The notes under the pieces were generated by a model that was not told the origin of the DNA, did no database searches, and saw nothing but the letters and a program-made list of their open reading frames with translations. A stretch of DNA of 64,000 bases, from the NCBI GenBank assembly GCA_009885085.1, contig VFLK01000009.1, forward strand, positions 3,810 to 67,809. Reading direction: 5' to 3'. Of this stretch, positions 49,055-58,049 are shown piece after piece. Each line of letters opens with the position of its first letter. Position 1 is the first letter of the stretch. The DNA is from Minisyncoccota bacterium. GTDB taxonomy: Bacteria > Patescibacteriota > Microgenomatia > UBA1400 > PJMF01. The position numbers and the translations under genes are program-made.

Positions 49055-49188
49055 TAGTGGGGCTAAATTCTTGAGTACCGTAAAGTACGTCAGTTCAGGT
49101 GCATTACTCTAAAAAAATAACAAGGGGAGCGACTTTTGTCAGTCTCTCCATTTTTTAGTTTAAAAGCCAGATTAGCAGCCCCCAACTA
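49055..49188 (+). promoter_or_regulatory. Structured rpoB 5' leader containing a terminator-like hairpin
   Basis: TAGTGGGGCT pairs with AGCCCCCAACTA; inner hairpin GGGGAGCGAC-TTTT-GTCAGTCTCTCC followed by ATTTTTT. Confidence 0.5.
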
Positions 49189-49220
49189 GATTAAACAAAC
49201 TATAATAGCAAGGGAGATTC

Positions 49221-52200
49221 ATGTCACAAACCAAGCGTCAAAATTGGGGTCAATCACACTCAATTCTACCAGAATTAGATTTGATTAAACTTCAAATCGA
49301 CAGTTATAAAATCTTTTTAGAAACTGGAATTAGAAAGTCATTAAGCGAAGTTAATGGTGAAAAAGGAATAGAAGATTACACAGGAAAAAATTGGGCGCTA
49401 AAGTTTGGAGAATATAGATTTGGAAAAGCAAAATACTCAGTTACTCAAGCAAAAAATAAAGGAGTAACTTACGACATGCCTCTTTACGTTGAGGCAACAC
49501 TCATCAATAAAAGAACAGGTGAAGAAAAAACTCAAGAAGTTTTCTTGGGCGATATTCCTAAAATGACCAAAATTGGTACCTTTATTGTTAATGGTATCGA
49601 ACGTGCAGTTGTTACACAATTAGTAAGATCTCCAGGTGTTTTCTTTGGCGGTGCCTTAGAAAGAACACAAGGCAGACAACTTTTCAATGCAGAACTTAGA
49701 CCAAAAAGAGGTTCATGGATTGAAATTTCTGTGGGTAAGAGAGATGTCATTACAGTTAAAATTGATCGTAGAAGAAAAATGCCTGTAACAGTTTTATTGA
49801 GAGCGTTGGGCTATGGATCTGATCAAGAGATTTTAGATTTACTCAAAGCTGAAGACTCAATTGATGAGCTCAATTTACTTCAAAATACAATCGATAAGGA
49901 TGCTACCAAAACACAAGAAGAAGCTTTAATTGAAATTTACGAAAAAATGAGACCTGGAGAGCCAGCAGTTTTAGAAACTTCAAGAGAATACTTCAAACAA
50001 TTATTTTTTGATTCAAGAAGATATGATTTAGCAAAAGTTGGAAGATACAAACTTAATAGAAGATTGAAGCTCGATGTCGATAAAGACACAACTATTTTGA
50101 CCCAAGAAGACATCGTCGCAGCTGTTAAATACTTAATTAGATTACAAAATGGTGAAGGCAAAGTTGATGATATTGACCATCTTAGCAACAGAAGAGTTCG
50201 CCAAATTGGTGAGTTAGTCAAAGAGTCTGCATTCAGAATTGGTCTTATTAGACTAGAAAAATCAATTAGAGAAAAAATGTCTTTGACAAAAACTGAAGAA
50301 GTTTTGAGTCCAGCAGCATTAGTTAATGCTCGCCCACTTATCGCTACAATTTCAGAATTTTTTAGACGTAATAGATTGTCAACAATTTTAGATCAAACTA
50401 ATCCTTTGTCTGAAATCGATAACTTAAGACGTTTATCTGTTATGGGTACAGGTGGTGTGACCAGAGAACGCGCATCATTTTCTATGCGTGATATCAATGC
50501 GTCTCAATACTCACGTATCGATCCGGTTAGATCTCCTGAAGGTCCAAATATTGGATTGGTTACTTATCTTTCACTCTACACAAAGGTGAATGATTTTGGT
50601 TTCTTGGAAGCTCCATATAGAAAAGTCGTTAATGTTAACGGAAAAATGCAGGTTCAAGATGAAATTATTTATTTATCTGCAGACGAAGAAGAAGACTACA
50701 AAATCACTCACGCAAGTGTTGATATTGATAGCAAAGGATTCATTCAAGACGAATGGGTCGCTATGCGTTATATGAACAGTTTTGCAGAAGGTCCAGTAGA
50801 ACAAGCACAATATATTGATGTTATTCCAAATCAAGTTATTGGTACTTCAGCATCATTGATTCCTTTTATTGCTAATGACGAAGCTAACCGTGCACTTATG
50901 GGTACCCATATGCAATGTCAAGCAGTTCCTTTAGTAAAACCACAGGCTCCAATTGTTGGAACAGGTATGGAAGCAGCAGTTGCTTCAGCTATGGGAAGAA
51001 CAGTTAAGGCTATAAATGCTGGAGAAGTTACCTATGTAGATGCAAATAAAATTGAAATTTTAACATCAAAAGCAGATTCTAAAAAAGCTGACGAGATGTC
51101 TGAAGATTTCGATGAAATGTACACACATGAAAATGGAAAAGACGTTTATAACATTACAAAGTTTATTAGAACATCACAGAGTACATGTTACTCACAAAAG
51201 CCAATTGTAAATGTTGGTGACAAAATCAACGTTGGAGACGTCATTATTGATGGACCAGCTGCTGATGGCGGTGAGTTAGCACTTGGTAGTAACTTAGTTA
51301 TTGCTTATGCTTCATTCGAAGGTTTGGGTTATGAAGATGCTATCGTTATTTCTGATAGATTAGTTAGAGAAGACATTCTTACTTCAGTTCAAATTAATGA
51401 ATACAAAGCAAAAGTTATGGACACTAAGCTTGGTGCAGAAGAATTAACAAATGATATTCCAAACGTTTCTGAAATTTATTTGAGCAACTTAACACTGGAT
51501 GGAATCATCCGTGTTGGAAGCATCGTTAGTTCTGGAGACATCTTAGTTGGAAAAATCGCTCCAAAAGGTGAGACAGAGTTATCACCAGAAGAGAGATTGC
51601 TTAGAGCAATTTTTGGAGAGAAGTCTAGAGAAGTTAGAGATACATCATTAAGATTGCCTCATGGTCAGTCAGGAACTGTTATTGAAGTTTCAGTTTTGGA
51701 CAGTGATCTTGGAGATGAACTCGATCCTGGAACTCTTAAAGAAGTTGTCGTTAAAGTCGCACAAATTAGAAAAATCACAGTTGGAGATAAGTTGGCTGGA
51801 CGTCACGGTAACAAGGGTGTTATTTCAAAAATAATTCCTGTAGCAGATATGCCACACACGCAAGATGGCACTCCAGTAGACATTATTATTTCACCACTTT
51901 CAGTTTTGGCACGTATGAACTTGGGTCAGCTTTTGGAAGCACATGCTGGCTGGGCTGCTCAAAAATTGGGTTACAAGATTGCAATTCCTGCTTTCGAGAG
52001 TTTCAATGAAAAGAAAATCTGGGAAGAATTAGGAAGAGCTGGATTACCAGTTTCTGGAAAAGCACAACTTATTGATGGCAGAACAGGTGAATTATTCAGT
52101 GAAGCAACAACTGTTGGCATAGGATACATTCTCAAACTGTCACACATGGTCGAAGATAAAATGCATGCAAGATCTACCGGTCCATACTCATTAGTCACTC

Positions 52201-52667
52201 AACAACCACTTGGCGGTAAAGCTCAAATGGGTGGACAGCGTTTGGGAGAAATGGAAGTCTGGGCACTTGAAGCACATAAGGCAGCACATACATTACAAGA
52301 AATGCTTACTATCAAATCTGATGATGTGATGGGTAGAGCAAAAGCCTTTGAATCTATCGTTAAAGGCTTGGATATTCCAGAACCAGCAGTTCCGGAATCC
52401 TTCCGAGTTTTAATGAGAGAGTTGAACTCACTTGGAATTGATGTTGTTCCTCACGAAGTGATTGAAGAAGATGAGGTAGTTTTAGAAGAAGCTTCTCCAG
52501 GACTTAATATTGATCCAGACGAATTAAATACGGTTGATCAAAGTGTGGAAGAAGAAGACGAGGATTTGGAAGATGTTGAACTCGAGGATATTGAACCTGA
52601 ATTTGACGAAGAAGAGGCTGCAAAAATTGAAGCTTCTCAAGACGATGAGGAAGAAATAGCGGAGTAA
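49221..52667 (+). CDS. rpoB: DNA-directed RNA polymerase beta subunit
   Basis: PEGPNIGL, GDKLAGRHGNKG and GGQRLGEMEVWALEA. Confidence 0.98.
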   Translation: MSQTKRQNWGQSHSILPELDLIKLQIDSYKIFLETGIRKSLSEVNGEKGIEDYTGKNWALKFGEYRFGKAKYSVTQAKNKGVTYDMPLYVEATLINKRTGEEKTQEVFLGDIPKMTKIGTFIVNGIERAVVTQLVRSPGVFFGGALERTQGRQLFNAELRPKRGSWIEISVGKRDVITVKIDRRRKMPVTVLLRALGYGSDQEILDLLKAEDSIDELNLLQNTIDKDATKTQEEALIEIYEKMRPGEPAVLETSREYFKQLFFDSRRYDLAKVGRYKLNRRLKLDVDKDTTILTQEDIVAAVKYLIRLQNGEGKVDDIDHLSNRRVRQIGELVKESAFRIGLIRLEKSIREKMSLTKTEEVLSPAALVNARPLIATISEFFRRNRLSTILDQTNPLSEIDNLRRLSVMGTGGVTRERASFSMRDINASQYSRIDPVRSPEGPNIGLVTYLSLYTKVNDFGFLEAPYRKVVNVNGKMQVQDEIIYLSADEEEDYKITHASVDIDSKGFIQDEWVAMRYMNSFAEGPVEQAQYIDVIPNQVIGTSASLIPFIANDEANRALMGTHMQCQAVPLVKPQAPIVGTGMEAAVASAMGRTVKAINAGEVTYVDANKIEILTSKADSKKADEMSEDFDEMYTHENGKDVYNITKFIRTSQSTCYSQKPIVNVGDKINVGDVIIDGPAADGGELALGSNLVIAYASFEGLGYEDAIVISDRLVREDILTSVQINEYKAKVMDTKLGAEELTNDIPNVSEIYLSNLTLDGIIRVGSIVSSGDILVGKIAPKGETELSPEERLLRAIFGEKSREVRDTSLRLPHGQSGTVIEVSVLDSDLGDELDPGTLKEVVVKVAQIRKITVGDKLAGRHGNKGVISKIIPVADMPHTQDGTPVDIIISPLSVLARMNLGQLLEAHAGWAAQKLGYKIAIPAFESFNEKKIWEELGRAGLPVSGKAQLIDGRTGELFSEATTVGIGYILKLSHMVEDKMHARSTGPYSLVTQQPLGGKAQMGGQRLGEMEVWALEAHKAAHTLQEMLTIKSDDVMGRAKAFESIVKGLDIPEPAVPESFRVLMRELNSLGIDVVPHEVIEEDEVVLEEASPGLNIDPDELNTVDQSVEEEDEDLEDVELEDIEPEFDEEEAAKIEASQDDEEEIAE

Positions 52668-52689
52668 CAACCAAACCACAAAGGACTTT

Positions 52690-55600
52690 ATGAAAAATAT
52701 TATCAACTTCTCTGCACTAGAAATTCGCATCGCATCACCAGACACAATTAAGTCTTGGTCATTTGGCGAAGTCAAGAAACCAGAGACAATCAATTACAGA
52801 TCACTTAAGGCAGAAAAAGATGGCCTATTCGACGAGAAAATTTTTGGCCCTATCAAAGACTATGAGTGTTACTGTGGAAAATATAAGAGAATTCGTTATA
52901 AGGGTATAATTTGTGACAAATGTGGAGTCGAAGTGACTCAGTCAAAAGTTAGACGTGAGAGAATGGCTCACATTACTTTGTCATCTCCAGTAGCTCACAT
53001 TTGGTTTTTCAAAGGTGCTCCTTCTAAATTGTCTTTACTTTTAGATATTTCACCAAGAAATTTGAGTTCAATTATTTATTTTTCAAAATACTTGGTTCTT
53101 GATATTGATGCAGACGAAAAAACAGAAATTTCTGATCGCTTAAATGTCGATTTAGTAGCTGCTCAAGATGAACTCAAAGATGAAGCAAAAGTTGGAATGG
53201 AGTTAGTAAAAGCTACCTTAACCGAAGACAAAGCTAGTTTAAATGAAAAAGTAACTAGTAAAGAAACTCTCCAATTAAAATTGACAGAATCCGAGTTAAA
53301 AGCAAAAAACAAACTAGTAGCTCTTAAGAAACAACTAGAAGTGAAGCTAGATCAGACTGAAGAAATTTACAAAACCATTAAACAAATGGTCAAGAAAATT
53401 GGAAAAGGAATGATCTTAACCGAAGACGAGTATCTAAAACTTGATGATTACAATGCTGCCTCTCACTTGAGAGTCGGAATGGGTGCAGAAAGTATATTAG
53501 AACTCGCAGAAGCCATCGATTTGAATGCCTTGGTTGTCAAACTAAGAGAAGAAATCGAAGAATCAAAAGGTGCTAAGCTAGTAAAAGCAATTAAACGTTT
53601 GAGAGTTGCCGAAGGGTTAAGAAAAGCCAAGATAAAACCATCTTGGATGTTCATGACCGTTCTACCGGTTATCCCTCCAGATTTAAGACCTATGGTTCAA
53701 CTTTCTGGTGGTAGATTTGCTACCTCAGATCTTAATGATTTATACAGAAGAGTTATCAATAGAAATAATCGTTTGAAACACTTAATCGATTTAGGTGCTC
53801 CAGAAATTATTTTGAGAAATGAAAAAAGAATGCTTCAAGAAGCAGTCGACTCATTAATTGATGGTTCAAGTGCAAGACAAACAAGAAGAAGACAAACAAG
53901 AAGACCACTAAAATCTCTTTCTGAAATGTTGAAAGGTAAACAGGGTCGTTTCCGTCAAAATCTTCTAGGTAAACGTGTTGACTATTCAGGACGTTCAGTT
54001 ATCGTTGTCGGTCCAGAATTGAAACTTAATGAATGCGGTTTGCCAAAAGATATGGCGCTAGAAATGTTTAAACCATATGTTTTGAGAGAATTAATTGTCA
54101 ACGGAACAGCTCCTAATGTTAAGAGTGCAAAACACCTAATCGAACGACACGAGCCAGAAGTTTATGATATTTTAGAAGAAGTTACTAAGAATCATCCAGT
54201 TATTCTAAATCGTGCTCCAACCTTACATAAGCTTGGTATGCAGGCATTTTACCCTATCTTGATAGAGGGAAATGCTATTAGATTACATCCATGCGTTTGT
54301 TCTGGTTACAATGCTGACTTTGATGGTGACCAAATGGCTGTTCACGTACCTTTGACCAAAAAAGCTCAACAAGAATCTATCGATTTATTAATGGCAACAA
54401 ATAATTTGCTTAAACCAGCTAATGGAGAGCCAATTACTATTCCAAATAAAGAGATGGCAATGGGTATTTATTACCATACAGTTGTAGATAATAAATTTAA
54501 GGTCTTCCCAGGAGTATTTTCATCTAAAGATGAAGCTTATCACGTATACCAAATTGGCAAACTTGAGCTTAGACAATTAGCAAAAGTTAGAATTGCCTCA
54601 CTAGGTAAAATTATTGAAACTACAGTTGGAAGACTTCAGTTCAATGATTTATTACCAGCTGAATTCGGTTTTATCAATGAAGCTGTAGGTGCAAAGAAGA
54701 TTAAACAATTAGTCACTTCTGCAATTAAAGAATTTGACAAACAACGTGTCGCAGATCTAATTGACGCTATTAAAAACTTAGGTTTTGAAGCAGCAACAAT
54801 TTCTGGTATTTCAGTTTCTGTTAGTGACTGTGAAATGATTGAAAATAAAGATGAAATCATTGCAGCTGCTAATAAAAAAGTTGAAGAAATTCAAGAACAA
54901 TACAATGAAGGTATGATCGCACTTGAAGAGAGAAAAAGACTTTCATTTGATGTTTGGATCGACACAACTGAGGATATTGCAGAGAAAACTTGGAATTCAT
55001 ATTCCGAAGACAATGCTGTTAAAGTTTTAATTGAGTCAGGTGGAACTCGTGCATCTAAAGATCAGGTTAAACAACTTGCTGCAATGCGTGGTTTAGTGGT
55101 TGACCCTAATGGTAATATCGTTGAAATGCCTACTAAGTCTAACTTTAGAGAAGGTTTGACAATTTTCGAATATGTCACTTCAGCTAGAGGTTCACGTAAA
55201 GGTTTGACCGACTCAGCTATCAAAACAGCTGATGCAGGTTACCTTACACGTCGTTTGTGTGATGTTTCTCATGATGCAATTATTAGATTGGAAGATTGTA
55301 AAACTGAAGAATTTATCACAATTACAGACGAAGATAGAACTGATGTTTTTGCAACAAGAATTGCAGGCAGAATTTTAGCAACAGATATTGTTCTTAATAA
55401 GAAAGTAGTCGCTGAAAAAGGCACATTAATAACAATTGAGTTAGCTAAGGATTTAGTAAAAGCTGGATTAAAAACAGCAGATGTTAGATCTCCTCTTACT
55501 TGCGAGGCTGCAAAGGGTCTTTGTGCTACATGTTATGGTATTGATTTCTCAACATCAAAAATGATTGAACTCGGTGTTCCAGTTGGAATTGTGGCTGCAC

Positions 55601-56379
55601 AATCTATTGGAGAGCCAGGTACACAGCTTACAATGAGAACTAAGCATAGTGGAGGTATCTTGGGTGCTGACGTGACTCAAGGTTTGCCACGTGTTGAAGA
55701 GTTACTTGAAGCTAGAAACCCAAAGAATCAAGCTATCATTAGCGAGATTGCTGGAAAAGTTTCAGTAGAAGAAGGTGACAAAGAAATTATCGTTACTGTC
55801 AGAACAACTTCATCACCAGTCGAAGAAGTTGAGTACAAGCTTTCTGTAAATGCAGAGTTACTTATTAAAGATGGTGACTTAATTCATGTTGGTCAACAGT
55901 TGACCGCAGGATCTGTCAGTCTTAAAGAGTTAGCTCTTGTAAAAGGTTTGCTCCAAGCTCAACAGTACACGATTAATCAAGTACAAGCTGTCTATGAATC
56001 ACAAGGTATTCCTATTCATGATAAACATTTTGAAACTATTATCAGAAAAATGTGTGATAAGCTTCAAATTGAATCTGCAGGAGACACTGATTTCTTAACT
56101 GGCGAAGTTATTGAAAAGACCAAGTTTATTGAAGCAAATGATGAAGCAATGGCCGCAGGTGGAGAACCAGCAACAGCTAAGGTTCTATTCTTGGGAATTA
56201 CCAGATCTTCATTGTTCACTGCATCTTGGTTATCAGCTGCTTCTTTCCAACACACTAAGAATGTCTTAACTGATGCATCTGCAGCAGGTAAGATTGACTA
56301 CTTGGATGGTTTGAAAGAAAATGTCATCATTGGTAGATTAATTCCAACCAGTAAAGAGAGAGCAAGTATTGAAATGTAA
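52690..56379 (+). CDS. rpoC: DNA-directed RNA polymerase beta' subunit
   Basis: Zn finger CYCGK...CDKC, NADFDGD and GLKENVIIG. Confidence 0.98.
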   Translation: MKNIINFSALEIRIASPDTIKSWSFGEVKKPETINYRSLKAEKDGLFDEKIFGPIKDYECYCGKYKRIRYKGIICDKCGVEVTQSKVRRERMAHITLSSPVAHIWFFKGAPSKLSLLLDISPRNLSSIIYFSKYLVLDIDADEKTEISDRLNVDLVAAQDELKDEAKVGMELVKATLTEDKASLNEKVTSKETLQLKLTESELKAKNKLVALKKQLEVKLDQTEEIYKTIKQMVKKIGKGMILTEDEYLKLDDYNAASHLRVGMGAESILELAEAIDLNALVVKLREEIEESKGAKLVKAIKRLRVAEGLRKAKIKPSWMFMTVLPVIPPDLRPMVQLSGGRFATSDLNDLYRRVINRNNRLKHLIDLGAPEIILRNEKRMLQEAVDSLIDGSSARQTRRRQTRRPLKSLSEMLKGKQGRFRQNLLGKRVDYSGRSVIVVGPELKLNECGLPKDMALEMFKPYVLRELIVNGTAPNVKSAKHLIERHEPEVYDILEEVTKNHPVILNRAPTLHKLGMQAFYPILIEGNAIRLHPCVCSGYNADFDGDQMAVHVPLTKKAQQESIDLLMATNNLLKPANGEPITIPNKEMAMGIYYHTVVDNKFKVFPGVFSSKDEAYHVYQIGKLELRQLAKVRIASLGKIIETTVGRLQFNDLLPAEFGFINEAVGAKKIKQLVTSAIKEFDKQRVADLIDAIKNLGFEAATISGISVSVSDCEMIENKDEIIAAANKKVEEIQEQYNEGMIALEERKRLSFDVWIDTTEDIAEKTWNSYSEDNAVKVLIESGGTRASKDQVKQLAAMRGLVVDPNGNIVEMPTKSNFREGLTIFEYVTSARGSRKGLTDSAIKTADAGYLTRRLCDVSHDAIIRLEDCKTEEFITITDEDRTDVFATRIAGRILATDIVLNKKVVAEKGTLITIELAKDLVKAGLKTADVRSPLTCEAAKGLCATCYGIDFSTSKMIELGVPVGIVAAQSIGEPGTQLTMRTKHSGGILGADVTQGLPRVEELLEARNPKNQAIISEIAGKVSVEEGDKEIIVTVRTTSSPVEEVEYKLSVNAELLIKDGDLIHVGQQLTAGSVSLKELALVKGLLQAQQYTINQVQAVYESQGIPIHDKHFETIIRKMCDKLQIESAGDTDFLTGEVIEKTKFIEANDEAMAAGGEPATAKVLFLGITRSSLFTASWLSAASFQHTKNVLTDASAAGKIDYLDGLKENVIIGRLIPTSKERASIEM

Positions 56380-56435
56380 ACTTATTTTTCAGTCATGGCT
56401 TTGTAGCCGCTGATTATAAGTTAAAACTTCGCAAT

Positions 56436-56466
56436 AAAAAATCCCGCCAGAAATGGCGGGATTTTT
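56436..56466. terminator. Bidirectional intrinsic terminator after rpoC
   Basis: AAAAAATCCCGCCA-GAAA-TGGCGGGATTTTT. Confidence 0.88.
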
Positions 56467-56481
56467 GGATATAAATGGATC

Positions 56482-56925
56482 TTGGAATTGGAGGCGCAAG
56501 TCTCCTCTCTCCTGGATGACAACAAAATCCTTGTTGAAGAGTCTGCTACACTTTATGAGCAGCTAGCCAATTTTGATTACAATAATACTGTGATCAAGAT
56601 AGTGGACAAGCACGGTCTTTTGAATGAAGACCTTCTGCTTGGTCCAGCATATGTTGTGCTGGAAGATGAGCTCTTCTCAAAAAATGGAGTAGCTCGCCGA
56701 GTCAGCACCCTGCTGGAAGCAAGCAGTAGAAACACCCTGTGGCTGTTTGATAATACCACGGGGCAGCGTACATACCTGAAGGTTGAGGCTGGCGAAACCA
56801 TTATTTTTATGGCTTCACAAGCGAATACTGCAGGTGAAATTTTCCTGCAGTATGAAGTCTGTTATACCAATAACAACTTCAGCTGCACCAGTGATCTAGT
56901 GCAGACAGATATCAAAATCAAATAA
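56482..56925 (+). CDS. Orphan hypothetical protein or gene fragment with atypical codon usage
   Basis: 147-codon ORF with TTG start and many CTG/GGC/ACC/CAG codons, unlike its neighbours. Confidence 0.45.
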   Translation: MELEAQVSSLLDDNKILVEESATLYEQLANFDYNNTVIKIVDKHGLLNEDLLLGPAYVVLEDELFSKNGVARRVSTLLEASSRNTLWLFDNTTGQRTYLKVEAGETIIFMASQANTAGEIFLQYEVCYTNNNFSCTSDLVQTDIKIK

Positions 56926-56949
56926 GAAAAAGTAACCAAGTTATGAAAT

Positions 56950-56984
56950 GTGAAAAGCCCCAGCGCAAGCCGGGGCTTTTTCAC
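56950..56984. terminator. Intrinsic terminator
   Basis: GTGAAAAGCCCCAGC-GCAA-GCCGGGGCTTTTTCAC. Confidence 0.8.
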
Positions 56985-57071
56985 GCATTAATCTATATAA
57001 TTCCACAAGACACAAAATTTAAATGTTATGATATAATCAGTGTTCGTGTTATTTTATTGGAGTAATTATTT

Positions 57072-57485
57072 ATGCCTACAATTAATCAGTTAATCAGAAA
57101 GGGAGGTCGCAAACCAAACCCTAAGAGAATTAAAGCTCAAGCGCTTCGCAGAAGTTTTAACTCAAATACTGGAAAACAGATTAAAACCACTAATCCACAA
57201 AAACGTGGTGTGTGTACTGTGGTCAAAACAATGACTCCTAAGAAACCTAACTCAGCACTTCGTAAAGTTGCTCGTGTTAGACTTTCTAATAAAATGGAAG
57301 TCACTGCTTACATCATGGGTGAAGGTCATAGTTTGGCCGAACACAGTATCGTTTTGGTTAGAGGCGGAAGAGTTAAAGATCTTCCTGGTGTGAAGTATCA
57401 CATTGTTAGAGGTAAGTACGATGCTACTGGAGTAAGCAACAGAAAAACTTCACGTAGTAAATATGGTGTAAAGAAAAACGGTTAA
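57072..57485 (+). CDS. rpsL: 30S ribosomal protein S12
   Basis: [18 protein letters not shown] and [10 protein letters not shown]. Confidence 0.98.
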   Translation: MPTINQLIRKGGRKPNPKRIKAQALRRSFNSNTGKQIKTTNPQKRGVCTVVKTMTPKKPNSALRKVARVRLSNKMEVTAYIMGEGHSLAEHSIVLVRGGRVKDLPGVKYHIVRGKYDATGVSNRKTSRSKYGVKKNG

Positions 57486-57540
57486 TAATTAAATATATAA
57501 TGAAAGTATTTGCTAAAAATTTAGCAGAGAAGAAATTATC

Positions 57541-58017
57541 ATGAGAACTAAAAAAGCTCCAGTTAGAATAACAAGACCAGACGGAAAGTACCAGTCTGTT
57601 AGAATTGCAAAGCTCATTAACTATGTGATGCGTGATGGAAAAAAATCTGTCGCACAGAAGCAAGTTTATTTAGCTCTTGAAGAGTTAGCTCTCAAAACTG
57701 GCAAAAAAGCATTAGAATCTTTCGAAGAAGTAATCAAGGCTGTCACTCCTCAAATGGAAGTTAGATCCAGACGTGTTGGCGGTGCTTCTTATCAAGTTCC
57801 TATGCCTGTTAGAAGTGGTAGAGGTTTTGCTCTTTCTTTAAGAGCATTAGTAGAAGCTGCTAACAAAAAACCAAACAAGCAATACCATACCTTTGGTGAG
57901 AAGCTCGCAGCAGAAATGCTCGAAGCTCTTCAAGGTACAGGTGGAGCAATTAACAAGAAAAATACTGCCCATCGTATGGCCGACGCTAACAAAGCATTCG
58001 CCCACTTTAGATGGTAA
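57541..58017 (+). CDS. rpsG: 30S ribosomal protein S7
   Basis: EVRSRRVGGASYQVP and ANKAFAHFRW. Confidence 0.98.
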   Translation: MRTKKAPVRITRPDGKYQSVRIAKLINYVMRDGKKSVAQKQVYLALEELALKTGKKALESFEEVIKAVTPQMEVRSRRVGGASYQVPMPVRSGRGFALSLRALVEAANKKPNKQYHTFGEKLAAEMLEALQGTGGAINKKNTAHRMADANKAFAHFRW

Positions 58018-58049
58018 GAATTTATTATTTATAGTATAGGTGGGAAGAT

